Shown here one piece after another: positions 63,221-64,000 of a stretch of DNA of 64,000 bases. A program made the translations under genes and the position numbers. Within the stretch, counting starts at the first letter, position 1. The number at the start of each line of letters is the position of its first letter. Below the pieces are notes generated by a model. The model was given only the letters and a program-made list of their open reading frames with translations, ran no database searches and was not told where the DNA came from. The DNA is from Mobula hypostoma (lineage: Eukaryota): assembly GCF_963921235.1 (NCBI RefSeq), contig NC_086097.1, positions 17,794,001-17,858,000 of the forward strand, written 5' to 3'.

Positions 63221-64000
63221 CTAGTTTAAAGTCACCTCAGTAGCCCCCGCTAATCTCCCTGCCAGGATATTGGTCCCCCTAGGATTCAAGTGTAACCCGT
63301 CCTTTTTGTACAGGTCACGCCTGCGCCAAAAGAGGTCCCAATGATCCAAAAACTTGAATCCCTGCCCCCTGCTCCAATCCCTCAGCCACGCATTTATCCT
63401 CCACCTCATCGCATTCCTACTCTCACTGTCGCGTGGCACAGGCAGTAATCCCGAGATTACTACCTTTGCGGTCCATTTTCTCAACTCCCTTCCTAGCTCC
63501 CTATATTCTCCTTTCAGGACCTCATCCCTTTTCCTACCTATGTCATTGGTACCTATATGTACCACGACCTCTGGCTCCTCACCCTCCCACTTCAGGATAT
63601 CTTGGACACGATCAGAAATATCCTGGACCCTGGCACCAGGGAGGCAAACTACCATCCGGGTCTCTGGACTGCGTCCACAAAATCGCCTATCTGACCCCCT
63701 TACTATCGAGTCCCCTATCACAACTGCCCTCCTCTTCCTTGCCCTACCCTTCTGAGCTACAGGGCCAGACTCTGTGCCGGAGGCACGGCCACTGTCGCTT
63801 CCCCCGGGTAAGCTGTCCCCCCCAACAGTACTCAAACAGGAGTACCTGTTGTTAAGGGGCACAGCCACCGGGGTACTCCCCATCACCTGACTTTTCCCCT
63901 TCCCCCTCCTAACCGTGACCCACTTGTCTGCCTCCCGTGGCCCCGGCGTGACCACCTGCCTTCCACTCCTCTCTATCACTTCCTCGCTCTCCCTGACCAG
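63221..64000 (-). CDS. CR1 ORF1 protein with SGNH/GDSL esterase domain (N-terminus outside the window)
   Basis: VIGDSIVR (block I), CLPGAR (II), HIGTND (III), DGLHL (V). Confidence 0.88.
   Translation of the reverse strand: MVRESEEVIERSGRQVVTPGPREADKWVTVRRGKGKSQVMGSTPVAVPLNNRYSCLSTVGGDSLPGGSDSGRASGTESGPVAQKGRARKRRAVVIGDSIVRGSDRRFCGRSPETRMVVCLPGARVQDISDRVQDILKWEGEEPEVVVHIGTNDIGRKRDEVLKGEYRELGRELRKWTAKVVISGLLPVPRDSESRNAMRWRINAWLRDWSRGQGFKFLDHWDLFWRRRDLYKKDGLHLNPRGTNILAGRLAGATEVTLN

Larger units (their letters stand above)
60094..64000 (-). mobile_element. Young CR1-clade LINE, near intact, 5' end outside the window
   Basis: ORF1 63221..63979+, ORF2 63215..60184 broken by a single frameshift near 61554; 3' UTR and (ATAGAAAC)-type tail at 60094-60108. 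Confidence 0.96.

Overview
Eukaryotic, vertebrate genomic DNA. The repeat content (CR1/HER1-like LINEs, V-SINEs, Rex1/Babar LINEs, Penelope-like elements) suggests a cartilaginous fish, probably a ray; this is inference. The whole window appears to lie inside one + strand gene. I find seven phase-1/phase-1 exons with canonical AG/GT ends (14072-14194, 20111-20236, 20333-20458, 20556-20681, 38593-38718, 41943-42071, 59906-60028), each encoding one calcium-binding EGF (cbEGF) domain. Their order and the unusual C4-x-x-C5 spacing best match the central cbEGF run of LTBP2 (comparison from memory, needs BLAST). The gene shows two internal exon duplications of different apparent ages. The introns are dominated by nested retroelements. 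Highlights: (1) a Neptune-type Penelope element and about 10 short derivatives carrying a minimal hammerhead-ribozyme motif; (2) a CsRN1-clade Gypsy LTR element (CHCC Gag motif, tRNA-Trp PBS, 4-bp TSD) inserted into one of those hammerhead stems; (3) a near-intact CR1 LINE with an esterase-type ORF1; (4) an 80-bp near-perfect intronic inverted repeat next to template-switch-like scars; (5) a 94-bp structured insertion with a perfect 12-bp TSD. Most ORFs in the supplied track are TE fragments or antisense shadows. Repeat boundaries are approximate unless a TSD is given.
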